The translations under genes were made by a program, and so were the position numbers. The notes beneath the pieces are model-generated. The model worked only from the letters and a program-made list of their open reading frames with translations, was not told where the DNA came from and did no database searches. This document shows, piece after piece, positions 39,044-54,080 of a stretch of 64,000 bases of DNA. The first letter of the stretch is position 1; the number at the start of each line of letters is the position of its first letter. Source of the DNA: Octopus vulgaris (Eukaryota); assembly GCA_951406725.2 (NCBI GenBank), contig OX597821.1, forward strand, positions 48,670,001 to 48,734,000, given 5' to 3'.

Positions 39044-40077
39044 GGGCTATGTGAAGATATGTGTACATGTGCGATTAGTTTTTAACATATATGTATGTAT
39101 GTAAATTTAGTACTTTAAGTAAGCGCTAATGGCTTTTTTTTTTTTCAATTCTGAAACTATTACAACCGTGTTAATAGATACACTGGCTTTTATATTTTTA
39201 TGATACTGTTTATTTCGTTTTTCTTTATTTTTCTTTTGTTAACAGTTACTGTATATATATATATATTCTTAAACTAAGAAATACTTGCTGACAATTTATT
39301 TAACATTTGTGTCTTCGGATGAAGTAGTAAATATTTGGTACAGAAACAATTGTAAAGATATGGAACTTTTGAGACCCATTTCTTTCTCTTATTAGCTATG
39401 GATCTGTATTCTTTGAACATTGCAACCAATGAGTAGAAGTCTTGGAACTACGTGTATGTAGCCTGAACTTCTTCCTAGCTGCATTGCTCGTATGCTTGGA
39501 TTGTAAGAGATAATATTGAGTTCTAGTTAAATCGTTACAAGTAGCACTTTTACACTGTATACACGCACACCTCTATATATAATTATGTTTGATGTTGTTT
39601 GCGAAGTTATATATAAAAACAATTCAATATTAAACTGAAGGACCCCTCAATACTTTTTAGTAGAGTGCATATTTATTTAGCTTTAAAAGGAAGAGTTTTT
39701 CACAATAACTTCGCAGTTTCGGCTTAGCCGTTATCAGGCGGCTAGGAAATTGAAACCACGAAGCTAGTGTCTGCCTTTTCCTAGTACAAAAAGTATATAT
39801 ATATGTAGCCATACGTACACATACGTGCACGTACACATATACATCCATATATATATATACTCATGCTCGGACACACACACACACACACACACATCCACGC
39901 ACACATACACATACACACGCATATGTATCTCAATGTATATATCCATAAATATGTATATATGGATACATATTTACCTAACTAACTAACTTACTAACTAACC
40001 GACTAACTAAATATATATATATATATATACATATATACACATACATACATACATACATACATACATACATACATACA

Positions 40078-40110
<33 letters not shown>

Positions 40111-42326
40111 GTGCATGATTGTATATATACACACACGTGTGTAATGTGTATATCTATGTCTATATGTATGCATGCATGCATATATGTGTACATGCATGTA
40201 TGTTTTGTATGCAAGTATGTGTGCTTGAGCGCATGAGAGAAAAGGACAGACTAAGAGAGAGAGGTAAAAATGTATGCATTTGTGTTTGTTATAGGTAGTT
40301 TTATTAAGCTATATCTCTTCCTTTCGTCGGAGCAACTCTTTGGAAAACATCTTCGTCCGGCAAGCACATGTAAACAGCAAACTGAAAATATATAGGTAAA
40401 TATTGAAAATAGTTCAAATATTTCTGCATAAATATGAATTCCTATGGATGAGAAAATGAATGAGATAAATGTATGTGCATGACAGAAAAGCAGAAATTTA
40501 TTGAGCGTGGCATTGATGTAGCAACCAAGAATAGTTTTGGTGAAAATGTGAAAGAAGAAATTTCATTCAGGAATTAAACTTGCATAAAAAATTTTTACCT
40601 GTTGATCAGTTGTGATACATGTTATTTTTTCAGTGGCTTGGTGAAAGTAAAGAGGAAGACGAGACATTTTTCAAGACTTTTGTAGCTGATGAGTGTATGG
40701 GGGTAATTTCAGATCGAACACAGTAGAGTATGGCAAAAGGACAGGTGGATGTACTATATTGGGAGACGGATCAAATCTAGGTACCCTAAATTAGAAGAGC
40801 CCTTTTCAGGAGATTCTGAAAAAATACTTTTTCAAGTCACAGTTTTGTCAGGGAAATTTTGCGGCAGATTGATAGGATATTAGTTTATTACTGGTACTTG
40901 TAATATCGAAACACAGGCTAGTTTGGAATCAATAAATTACAGAATCGTATCTTGTATAGTGTACAAGTTGCTTACAATAATTAATATTTTGTACAATGTA
41001 CTAATTTCTTACACTTATTAATTTTATCAATGATAATCACTATGGCGGTGGATTGGCAGAGTATCGGAGAATCTTGGCATTTTTGTGACGTTCTAATTTC
41101 AGGTCCAGCCGAGAATGGTTTTGCATTTCCGCCATTTATGGTTGATAAACTAACGTGCCAAGGAAGGACTAAATACTATTAAACCATCTTCATCGAAAAG
41201 AGTTAATTCATGTCAATGCTAGAAACTATTATAATAGTCCGTTGACATGGTAAATTAATGACCGTCCTCTTTCACATGAAACGGTTGGAAAATCATTTTT
41301 ATTTCTACTGTTTATGTTGTTACAGGATCAAGTAAAGTCTACATATTTTTGGCTGGTCTTTCCATGATGGATAAATAACCAACCAAGCAGTTTTCATGAA
41401 ACATTACTCCCTATTTTCTATTGTTATATACCGATATATACACCAACAATTAGGTTAAATATTCTATAATGATTTGGATTGGTAAGGAGTGTGCAGCTTT
41501 TAAAGTGTTCAACTAAAATTATTGTTCGGGAAGTTGTTCAAATCCTCTCTGGATTATATATTTCATATCACCTCCCAGGAGCCTTAAAATAACTGCTACA
41601 AATATACATTATTCGATTTAGTCGATTATACTTATACACCTATACTACATGTTTTATTCATACTCAAAGTAATTAAGTTGCTGTAATTACTGTTTAGCCC
41701 AGTCATGATTCAACAATCCTAAGGCTGAAGATGTTTCAGACAATTCTATGGGGAATTGCTTTCAAATGTATCCTTCCTTTTGCAAGATGTTTGGTGTGAT
41801 TTGTGAAAAACTGTCATTACTCTTTATAGCAGGTAGAACGACCACGTTACAACAATCTCAGTGACTCGTGACAAATGTGTTATTTTTGTTTTCGTTGTTG
41901 ATATTGTGTAACTCCCATCTCACCAGATCAGCTCTACTCAAGTAGAGATGTATGGCTGATGTGTAAGCTGGACAAACGACAGAACGTGACAGATGCACAC
42001 ACCCGTTGTTCCAGATATAGCTGGCCACCATCTTGCTATACGCTCTGACATGCTATGACTAATCGTACGACGTGCAGTTTAACTGATATTATGGCAATAT
42101 CGTACCTTCTAGCCTTTTCTGTGCAATTGGATATTGTGATGGTCATTGTAGCAGATGTGCACGGGGGATACGACAGGAGTGAAACAGCTGCTATTTCACT
42201 ACATTTATAAATACTAGTGTGCATATCTCAGCCCACTGGTTGCGGCCAGTGAAGCTATTGATGTTGCATTTACTTCCAAGTGTGATCCTTATGCTTGTGT
42301 GGATTGAGCGGGGGAGATATTTTTAT

Positions 42327-42372
<46 letters not shown>

Positions 42373-42748
42373 CAGCAGCAGCAGCATATGTTTGGGTGTT
42401 GGGAGGTTTCTTTTTCACGCAGTGTCAAGGACTATGGTGGTTGAAGCAGCAACAAAGTATACCACTCACATATTTAGATACCTTTAGCTTTATATTACTT
42501 TTTTCCTTGTATAGGTGGTTGATAGGTGTGATCTAGCCACAACCTTTCATTAGGCGGAATGTTTTGTGTTCTTCGTTATTGACAGTGGTTTGTTGCAAAT
42601 ACACTGGAGACGAAGACAGACCTGGAATAAACCTCAATGGACCGAATATATTGTTTGTATATCATTGTTGTAGTTATTACTGTTGGCCGAAAGTGGTGTT
42701 TATGATTTTCCTAACTATGCTTGGGTACCGTACCGTTTGGGGGCAATA

Positions 42749-43050
42749 TCAGGTCATCCCATAAGTTCTGTCCGAATTTTGAATAAAGAAAACAAGTGAT
42801 CAAATGTTATATTTAATTGAAATTTGATCATCAATGTACTTTCCCTGATTATCTATGGCTTCCTTCCATCTATTTACAAGCTTTTTAATCCCATCAATGT
42901 AAAACTCTTTTGGTTTCAAGGCGAAGAACTCTGAAATGTCAGTTTCGACCTCCTCCTGGCTCGCGAATGTTATGTCTCCCAAATGATTCTGTAAACTACG
43001 AAACAAATGGTAGTCTGAAGGAGCAAGGTCGAGAGAATAAGGTGGAAAAG
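42749..43050 (-). mobile_element. Mariner 3' fragment
   Basis: PPYSLDLAPSDYHLFRSLQNHL...FYIDGIKKLVNRWKEAIDNQGKYIDD; TIR-like TA|TCAGGTCATCCCATAAGTTCTGTCCG. Confidence 0.85.
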
Positions 43051-44293
43051 TCAATTTAAAAATAGTAAAAGAATAACAACACAAAACATTTATAGTTCTC
43101 ATCTTTTAAAGTTATTGTACAAAACTGTTCAGCTAATTTGTAAGTTTGTCTAATTAGTCACTTTATTCTGTAAGGTAGTAAATTAGTCAAATTCTACTTA
43201 AATAAGTATTGTGTTATTTGTAAACTACAATAAAATAAGTTTTGATATTCAAATTTTAATTTTAGCTGCAATATTTTAAGGAAAAAGTTACTTATTCTTT
43301 ACTCTACCAGAAGTAATAGCTTGTCCTATACTTTTATGGGTGTAATAACTTGTCCTGTACTTTTCCAGGTTTATAAACTTAAGAATATTACTTTTGATGC
43401 TCGCATTTTTTCATGTAATCTATGATTTTTCCAGGCATTACTGTTTTAAGATAATTAATAATGTGTCAATTAATAATTTAAGATTTTACCTTATAAAATA
43501 CTGAAAGATGATATTTCAATTTTTCCATGTAAGTGATGATAATATTTCAGTTTTTTTTTTTCATGTTTAATTTAAATATATGTTGTGATTAAATTATTTG
43601 ATATTACCCATCCACACCAAATTAATAGCAGGGATTTTTACCACGTTGTTAGTTGCCCCATGGCTGAAAAAAACTTAGAAACAAGACCCCAAAACCACCA
43701 ATTACCAAGTTCCCGTTAAGTAACCTAATTTTGCAATATTAAGAGGTCACAGGAATTCATACAACGAAAAAAAATTTCCAATGATGCCGGGATTAGTGGG
43801 GTGGGGGAACCCCCAACCTCATCTTTTCTGAACCAGAATAAGGGACTTGCAGCATATTAGGAGATCAGGGTACTTGATTCCACACAAAAAATCAAATTTT
43901 TTGTTGTTTTTTTTCTTAGTGAAAATCATGCGGGTGTTAATATAGAAATTTACCATAATGTTGTTATTTAACCTGCAATCAACCCGGATACTGCAAACCT
44001 ATCATCAAAAACATTCCAGCCTTCAGCAAACCGTTCTTTAGGGATAATCTAGGACATTACATACAATGGGCGTGTGATTTAGGTGGAGGGATACTTTGGC
44101 TGCTATTTTTAGCTTGTCGAACGACAAGGTGGAGGCTCTTTTATTGGTTCGATTGCGTGATGAGATTCTTTTTTACATATGTGTAATATGTATATATACC
44201 ATCGGCAGAAGTTGGAGAGTAAGTCAAAAGCTGAGAGTTTCGTGTATTGGCACTTATCAAACACGAATTTGTCCATTGTCACTCTGTAACTTC

Positions 44294-44735
44294 TGACGAA
44301 ATAACTTCTAAAATACAAAATTTTGTCAAAAACGTTAAGAGTAAACCCTGTTCTATGTGACACATTTTATCAGTACCGGAAGTTTCAAAGTGTTTAGTTT
44401 TAAAAAAATTAAATAATCTGTACGTCCAATAGAATAGATCCGAAATGGATGAAAGGCAAAGTCAACCTCAGCGGAATTTGAACTCAGAACTTAAAGACAG
44501 ACGAAATACCGCTTCTAAAATACAAAACTTTGTCAAAATCCTTAGGAGCAAGCCCTGTTCTATGTGAGACATTCTACCAGTATCGGAAGTTTAAAAGTGT
44601 TTAGTTAGAAAAAATTAATTAAATAATTTGTACGTCAAAGTCGACCTCGGTGAAATTTGAACTCAAAACGTAAAGACAGACAAAATACCATTAAGAAGTT
44701 CGCTCGGAGTGCTAACGCTTCTGCCAACTCGCCGA
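44294..44735. repeat. Diverged ~205-bp tandem duplication containing family-3 SINE fragments (-)
   Basis: CTTCTAAAATACAAAA.TTTGTCAAAA...GAACTCA.AAC.TAAAGACAGAC.AAATACC occurs twice. Confidence 0.8.
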
Positions 44736-45495
44736 CTTGCTATATAAGTATTCATTTTAGAAGTATATTCTTTATTCTTATTGCTTAAGTGTTACTCCCT
44801 TACTTTCTTACTTACTGATATTAAATTTCATAACACTTTACGTCATAACTCTTTTTCTACTTATTTTGTTCAATGCGAATAGCCATTCTGAATTTCTAGT
44901 GCATTTTTCTATCATTTAAGCCTAAGAAAAGTATACTTTTAATTTAAAATGAAAAAAAAAAACGCTAATTGAAGATGAATATCTGCCTTACTATCCCCCT
45001 TGAGGTCGCAATGTAGTTGAGAACTGAATTAGTGGTGAAGCTTGGAAGCTGCTGCGATTGACGAAATAGTGGACTTAAAAATATATTCAACCACTACCGT
45101 GGTTGAATGATACACACACACACACATACATACACACATACCAACAAATTCGCGCAAAAATCTAGAAATATTCGGTTTAAGGGAAAAAGAGCAAAAGAAG
45201 CTGACGTGGATTCTCCAAATCCAGTTTATTCACAGTGAAGATTTGTAAAACCTTCCCCAAAATCCTCCACTCGAGACTCTAATGTGAATAGACTTGGGTG
45301 CATGCATCGACAGGTCAACGAAGGCACCAACTCAAACACCAGTAACTCTCTTAATTCAAAAAGTATTGCTGTTTTATTAGCGACCCCGGCTTGAACTCTC
45401 CCAAGAAATAAAAGTCAACGAAAAATTATACATACATACATACATACATACATACATACATACATACATACATACATACATACATACATACATAC

Positions 45496-46871
45496 GGATC
45501 TAGGACTTTTCGTCTCAAACACTTCGGTCTAATGCGCTACAGTCTAAAGAACTTTGGTCTAAAGTGACTTTTGTATAAATGCACTGTAGTCTAAAGACAT
45601 TCTTGTCTGAAGGGGAGTTTAGACTAAAAATGTCTTTATACTAAAGTATAAAGACATTTTTGTCTAAACTCACTTTGGACTAATAACTATTTTGTCTATA
45701 GAATCTCAAAAAAAGAAATGTAAAAACATCTAAATAACCATACTCTAATAATCCTTTTCGTACAAAGAACTATCACCTAACAATTATTTTGGTTTAATGA
45801 TTTGTTTGTTTTACGACATCTTTTACCAAATATATACAATTCATGCCGAAATCCACGGTGAAATACATCCTCTTGTTTTTGCATTATGCACCGGAAGAAA
45901 TTTACGTTAAAATGTTGTATGCTCTTGTAGAGCGGATGGAAGCTCATGGAATTGAAAATGACATGACAGGGGTGGGCATAGATTTTGAACTGGCAGCTCG
46001 AAATGCATTTTTACGTGTTTTTGATGACATTGTTGTGCGTTTGATTTTCCCATTTCTGCCAATCAACTTGGAGAAAAATTCAGGCAATTGGGACTTGTAA
46101 ATCTTTGTAATAAGGATTATAGACTTTTTTTTTTATTCTGTCGAAAAGAACGCTTTGACCTTTCTGCCTGTTGCTGTTGTACCAATAGGACTGCAATGCT
46201 TGAAACAAAGTGCACCTGAAAATGCATTGCCGTTCATTGAATACATAGTAAATACTTTTGTAAATGAAATGATCAGACGAAATGGAAAACGTTCAAAGCC
46301 ATTATTTTCATTAGCTGAATGGAATGTTTACGAGTTCACACTTGACGGTAAAGCACGTACAATTAATTCTATTGAAGCGTGGCATAGGCGATTTAGTGTC
46401 TTAGATCACATTCAAATCTATATAATGTTGCTGATGTTCTAAGAAGAAAAGAACAAGTCATCAAAACAAGATTATCTCAACTTACCGTAGCGGCAAGCCC
46501 CAAGATGAAAAGTTGCAAAACAGCAAAAAGAGAGAAAAGAATATTAGAAATCGTTACCAATAACCAGAATCAATCAATGGAAGATTATCTTCGTTGTATT
46601 GCACATTATCTGGGTTCTTTTCAAATTTCATTTTCATTTTTATTTTTATTTTTATTCTACTCCCTCTTTTCTCTTTTACTTGTTTCAGTCATTTGACTGT
46701 GGCCATGCTGGAGCACCACATTTAGTCGAAGAAATTGACCCCCAGGGCTTATTCGTTTAGCCTAGTACTCATTCTGTCGGTCTCTTTTGCCGAACCGCTA
46801 AGTTACGGGGACGTAAACACACCAGCATCGGTTGTCAGGTGATGTTGGGGACAGACACACAAACACGCACG

Positions 46872-46920
<49 letters not shown>

Positions 46921-47294
46921 ACACACACACACATATATATATACATATATATACGACGGGCTTCTTTCAGTTTCCGTCCACCAAATCCACTTGCAAGACA
47001 CTTGCCCAAGGTATCACGCAGTGGGACTGAACCCAGAATCATGTGGTTGGTAAGCAATGTAATAAATGTATATTCTATTTCAAGCATGTATATTACGCAT
47101 AATTGTAATTTATTTACCAATAGATATAATCAGACAAGTTTCGTTATACCTAACCTAAGTGTCATTTTACCAAAGTGTCATTATGCCAAGGTATCTTTAG
47201 ACGAAAGTGTCTTTAGACGAAAATGCTTTTAGACCAAAGTGACTTAGACTAAAGAGGTTTAGACCAAAGTGTTTTAGACCAAAGTACCGTATCC
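45496..47294 (+). mobile_element. MULE (Mutator-like) transposon, internally deleted
   Basis: GGAT..ATCC ends with inverted arrays of ~15-bp TTTGGTCTAAA repeats; transposase motifs IDFELAARNAF, FHFCQS.WRKIQ, PLFS..EWNVY..RTINSIEAWHRRF; imperfect 9-bp TSD CATRCATAC. Confidence 0.85.
46674..47055 (-). mobile_element. SINE family 1 nested in the MULE
   Basis: Same family, with an internal deletion and expanded (CA)n. Confidence 0.88.
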
Positions 47295-47319
47295 CATGCA
47301 TACATACATAGATACATAC

Positions 47320-48070
47320 TTACATAATATATGAGCAAGGCTTGACATGCAACTATATGCATGAGAATATATACATAAAACAAAATATACAAACATGCAC
47401 ATATACATACATTCATACATACATACATATAAAGATAACCTGTTGATGTTGTTGAAGTTGCAATGAAAGAGCCTTGCATCTAGGTCTCTATTGGCAAGAA
47501 TTCTTGAAATAAAGCTGAATAATAGCATACATACATACATACATACATACATACATACATACATACATACATGCATGCATGCATACATACATACATACAT
47601 ACATACATACATACATACATACATACATACATACATACATGACATGAGTAACAATCCACACACTTATAACTGAGAACGGAATATTTCAAGGAGGTAGACT
47701 TTCTGTAATGTTGTTCCTCTTCGCATTAAATCCGTTAAGATTTCTGTTACAAAAACCCAGTTGCTACATGTTAGAGTCTGCAACTGCTAGAGACATCAGT
47801 GTAAACCATAAGTTTTTTGTAGATGACTTGAAGATCAATGCTAAACATGTTTACATCGTCAAAAGAAAAATAAAACAGCTGCACTTTATTACATTTACAG
47901 CTAACATAGGAATGAAATTTGACATAAGAATTAGCTGTTTTGAATTGCTGAGCACGGAAAAATCAGTCCCCCAAATCCAAAACTTGTGTGCATCAACGAT
48001 GTCTCTATCCCTCCTGTTCCACACAAAACGCTACAAATACCTAATAATCGAAAAATAGAAGAGAACATAG
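47320..48070 (+). mobile_element. R4/Dong-like LINE fragments (3' UTR, (CATA)n, RT piece)
   Basis: UTR similar to 17250-17348; GIFQGG.LSVMLFLFALNPL..VNHKFFVDDLK..IGMKF. Confidence 0.7.
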
Positions 48071-48242
48071 AAATATACAAATAACCTGCACAAATATATA
48101 CATAAATATAAATAGTTGCAATATGACTAAAAAGTTTGTAATCTTGAGGTTCTGGGTTAAGCGTCATTTTTGAAGTCCTGGATCAACCCATTTTTTGAGT
48201 GAAACTGGGTACATAGAAACTTGTCGAAACTTGTCAGATTAT

Positions 48243-48680
48243 AGCTACAATTCAAATGTTTGTTACCACGTGGAAAATTACAACACATACACCATGGCGA
48301 CGATAGAACCCAGAGTCAGCCATCACAGATCGCAAAACTATCGAGAAAAATTCCAGTGAACTTTCGAACTTATTCAAGGCCTATATCAATTCTACAGGAA
48401 AGCTACAATTCTAATGTTTGTTACCACGTGGAAAATTACAACACATACACCATGGCGACGATAGAACCCGGAGTCAGCCATCACAGATCGCAAAACTATC
48501 GAGAAAAATTCCAGTGAACTTTCGAACTTATTCAAGGCCTATATCAATTCTACAGGAAAGCTACAATTCTAATGTTTGTTACCACGTGGAAAATTACAAC
48601 ACATACACCATGGCGACGATAGAACCCGGAGTCAGCCATCACAGATCGCAAACTATCGAGAAAAATTCCAGTGAACTTTC
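48243..48680. repeat. 158-bp tandem repeat, ~2.8 near-identical units
   Basis: AGCTACAATTC.AATGTTTGTTACCACGTGG starts at 48243, 48401 and 48559. Confidence 0.95.
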
Positions 48681-48841
48681 TTATTCTTCTGATCTTATTC
48701 ACGCTGAACCCTTAAAAAATTATGCGTCGAGCATGGTGTCTTTGAAATATTCAGCAACTTACACGTTAATTCAATAAGCCTAACGATATTTTTGAATGAC
48801 CAAGAGAAATCAAATGTAAAAATATAAGAGAAAGAAAACTA

Positions 48842-49923
48842 AATTCACGAGACCCTTTACTCAGAACCACTACGCACGTTTCGACCTTGCAGATAAGATG
48901 CGGTACAAACAGTTGTGATGCGTCGTTGGTGCAGATGTGTACCTGTTTTTTTTATTTGCCGTTTCACTTATTTCTATAACAATACATTTTGGTAATTGTA
49001 GCGTACTATGCATCTTCAAAACGATCTAAGGTATGATGAAGTATTCATGGCCGCAGTCAAATGACTGAAACGAGTAAAAAATGAAAAAAATATGTCTGAT
49101 GTTCCTCTTGCTTCCTTTGAAGAGTTTGCCTGTGAGTGATGCAAATGGTGATCAACCTATTTTGAAGCAATTTAAAACTTCGAAAGTCAACGATTGATTC
49201 ATTTTCCAGCGGATCATTCTAACAGCTCTGTGTCCTGTCCTCAGTGTGGACAATCTTGCAAGCTTTAGTCGGATTAAAGTCACATTGGAGACAGAAACAC
49301 GAGTAATAACAATTATACTTACCCTCCAGGCGCTCGTACGTTGAAATCGACGGAAGAGCCCGACATAATGTATGCATGTATATGTGTGTGTGTGTGTGTG
49401 TACCGTGTTTTATCGTGTATAAGGAACCGCTTATACTGGAAAACAAGGTTTTGTAAGGGGTTAATACTCCCATACTTTTTAAACCTAATTTTTTACAAAA
49501 AAGGGTTCCTTATACACGTTAAAATATGTTTTGATGATATATAAAGGTCAATACAACTGTCCGATTGTTCTTTTGTTCTATTCTGATCGCATATATATTT
49601 TTATTTATTTATTACTTTTTTCCATTTTTTATTTCTTATTCTTCTATCTTTGTATTTTTTACTTTATTGCTTGTATGAGCAGAATTCTTCATATCTTAAT
49701 TCCTTATAGGGACGCATAGTACGCTACAACTACCGAAATCTATTGTTATAAAGATAAACGAAACGGCAGATAAAAAGCGAGGTTCTATTGGAGAAGTCAC
49801 CCAAGGAGACGTATCTGTACCTACAATGCATCACAACTGTTTGTACAGCTTCTCCTCTACGCGGTACCGGTGCATGATAGGTCGAAACGATCGTAGTGGT
49901 TCTGAATAAGGTCTCGTGAATTC
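48842..49923. repeat. Diverged inverted repeat pair (48842-49015 / 49711-49923)
   Basis: AATTCACGAGACC..TCAGAACCACTACG..GTTTCGACC versus GGTCGAAACGATCGTAGTGGTTCTGAATAAGGTCTCGTGAATT. Confidence 0.75.
49403..49529. mobile_element. Tc1/pogo-type MITE
   Basis: TA|CCGTGTTTTATCGTGTATAAGG ... CCTTATACACGTTAAAATATG. Confidence 0.6.
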
Positions 49924-51149
49924 CATTTTTTCTCTATTTTCCATAAACTCTACGGATACATAGTAATTCCTGAAGTAAATCCAGTGGCATGTAGCCGAAT
50001 ACGCGAAAGGGCTTTAAACATCAGACTACAATGTGTATACTCGGATGTAAAATTATTATTTAGAAATGTATGTATGTTTGTGTATACGAACGTATATGCG
50101 TATATTTATCTTTTATTTGTCTCAATCATTGAGATGTGGCCATGCAAGAACACTGCTTTCAAGTATTAAGTCTAACAAATCAGCCGAGTATTTATTTTTT
50201 TAAGTCTCGTACTTATTCTAGCGGTCTCTTTTGCTGATACTGTAAGTTACGGGGTCGTAAACAAACCAACGCTAGTCGTTAAGTGATTTTGGGGATAAAC
50301 AGAAACACAAGGACACACACGTGTGTGTGTGTATTATTCAATAAACACAACATATATTTTTATGTACTACTATTAGTTTCATGCGATGAAAGTATGCCAG
50401 ACAGTATTTTTCAACACGTCTGGTATCTCCGAGCAATCTTCTGGCACTACTCACATGGCATAACAAGCTAAAAATAGAATGAGAGGAAAAGCGAGACGAG
50501 AAGGAAGTACATATAGAAGGTGGAAGGTTGAGAAACCGGAAAACGAAAAAGAAAACACAAAGAAGTAAAAAGGGGACTTTGAGTTATTCCCCTTTGACTG
50601 TACAATATAAGGTTGAAAAGATAGTAGCCTAGAGTCTACGGTACAGCTAATCAATTCGGAGAAGATGGTACTTCCCAAAATTCGTCAACAAGATCTTAAC
50701 CATATTCTTACAACCGCTGAAAATTTCTGATCTAGACTTCTTAGATTCTTTTCAGATCTAAGAACTATATGATATTACTGAATTACAGATCTGAAATTGT
50801 ATGTGTATATATATATATATTACATAATCCGTATAGAAAACACTTCGTAGTGCTCAAGAGTTATAACCTTGAGCGGGTATAGAAGTAAATGTATGGATAA
50901 GTAAATCAGACAGATCAATATAGAAAGTATATTAAATACATGAAATACAAAAAATGTGTATATATGTATACATATAAATAGGTCCGATTTGCACGGAATA
51001 CAAATGAAATAGAGAATTAAAGGGTGGAGGAAGAGTATTACAAATCCAAAATATTCCTAGGGGCTCGGCGATCCATAATAATGTTTGTAGATTGATTCCA
51101 TCATAAGATGAGACGAGCCTCCGTCTTCAGGGGAGAGATTTTACATAGG

Positions 51150-52380
<1,231 letters not shown>

Positions 52381-52594
52381 ATGTTGGCAAGGAACGGTAT
52401 AGATATCCCTGTTATATAGCGGTTCAGGAAAAGGAACCAGATTTAAAAAATAAGTATTGGGATAGTTTTATTCAACGAGGCCTTTCACATAGTGTCCCAC
52501 CATGGGTAGTGACTAAACAAGTAAAAGATAAAAATTAGAGAGAAGGGTAAAAGAGGGAGAAAGATTGGTGAGATAAAGAAAATTTGAAACGTAC

Positions 52595-52674
52595 GTAGTC
52601 AATCTCTCCATGGAATGAATGCTGACCATCACAATCACCAATCAACAAACCGGCTTGGCGTCTTTCAATATTTC
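52595..52674 (-). CDS. Pif/BMSP-like gene exon 7 of 7 seen: end of LamG domain
   Basis: ttttcag|..(G)NIERRQAGLLIGDCDGQHSFHGEIDY|gtacgt; 80 nt, phase 1 to 0. Confidence 0.85.
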
Positions 52675-53683
52675 CTGAAAATGAAGTTATTTCAATATTT
52701 GATCTAATAAAACGAAACGCAATATTTTTCTCTTAAAATATGTATCATATGAATAGAAACATGGATAATTAAAAGATGCATAATTTACATACAGACACTT
52801 TAAAACCCTCTGTGTAAGTGTGTAAATGGAGGTATGTCCTGGGGAAGTTACACTCCAGGCACGGCAAGGATTTTCCCATCGGTTAAGATAAAATTGCTTT
52901 GTTTACTGGGAGAAAAATTTGCACAGAAAATCCTGCGCTATACAAATGCATAACGCACACTTCTATTCTTTGACATATCTCTAACTTTGGTTATATCAAC
53001 AAACCATCACAACTAGATGCTAGTACCCACGATAATGTAAAATTAAGCACAAACATCTAAGTCAATGCAACACAATATAATATGTCTGTTATGTCGTACG
53101 TTCGGATACCTTCTACTCAACTCGACTCTCACCGCTCCTCTCTCTCTTTGATGAAGTAGACTTCTGTACAACCTTAAGATTTTGACAGTTTGATTTTGTG
53201 CTACACCAGATAACCTCCACTTAGCATGAAAGTTATAAATTATATACAGTATATAATACATACAAATATACATACATACATACAAAACTTGTCAACATAA
53301 ATTTTATTATACAGTTGATTTTTCTTTCAGCATTGATTACCCCAATCAGTAGGTGTTCGGTTATTCTTAAACCTGCTTTAAAATAACCTAAACTTAGCAT
53401 ACATATACAGACACATACACTGACACACACGTATTTATCAATGAGCACAAATACCTGTCTAACTATCGATATATTTGTCTATCAATTTATGTATCTTTTC
53501 ATCCATTTCAATAACATAAGAACTAATAGATTATTTATCTCTGCGATTTGACAACAAAGTAACTCAAAAGCTATCACTAACATAATTTTCCTTTTTTTTT
53601 TTTTTTTCATTGCCCGAAATAATCAATTTAGCAATTAAACTCTAAAACGTCAAAAGAGTACTGAAATATGATTTGATACTAAC

Positions 53684-53774
53684 CAATGAGAGCAGTTGAC
53701 TTAATTTTGCCGTTAACCTTTGCTATAACATGTTGGCCATCATACACCATTGTCACATTATTGAATCCTGGAAC
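53684..53774 (-). CDS. Pif/BMSP-like gene exon 6: LamG domain
   Basis: ctgcag|VPGFNNVTMVYDGQHVIAKVNGKIKSTALI(G)|gttagt; 91 nt, phase 0 to 1. Confidence 0.88.
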
Positions 53775-54080
53775 CTGCAGCAGAAAGGAGACACCAGTAA
53801 GATGCTCTAGTTTATAAGGCACACATTACAAACAGCGGATATGGACTAATATTAAACTACGAGTAAAGAAGGACAGTAGAAAGCCAAAGAAAAGGAATGG
53901 CTGCTCCGTGACTATCAGATATATTGCTTTTAATTCAAGATGGATGGTAAGAAACTTAGAGTAAGCTTGTAACCAACCAAGATTTTCATTTGAGATCATT
54001 TATCTTCTAAAACTGTGGCTTTGAGAATGATACGAATGTTACAACACCGTTGTATGTAGTCACAATAAATAAGAAAACAT

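Noticed and set aside
40300-40900. Possible piggyBac remnant
   Set aside because: No TTAA-bounded TIRs and no unambiguous motifs.
48243-48680. CRISPR-like array
   Set aside because: Whole units repeat with no unique spacers, there are no cas genes, and the context is eukaryotic.
51100-51135. Hammerhead candidate (CTGAAGA on minus)
   Set aside because: No closing stem II with GAAA found downstream.
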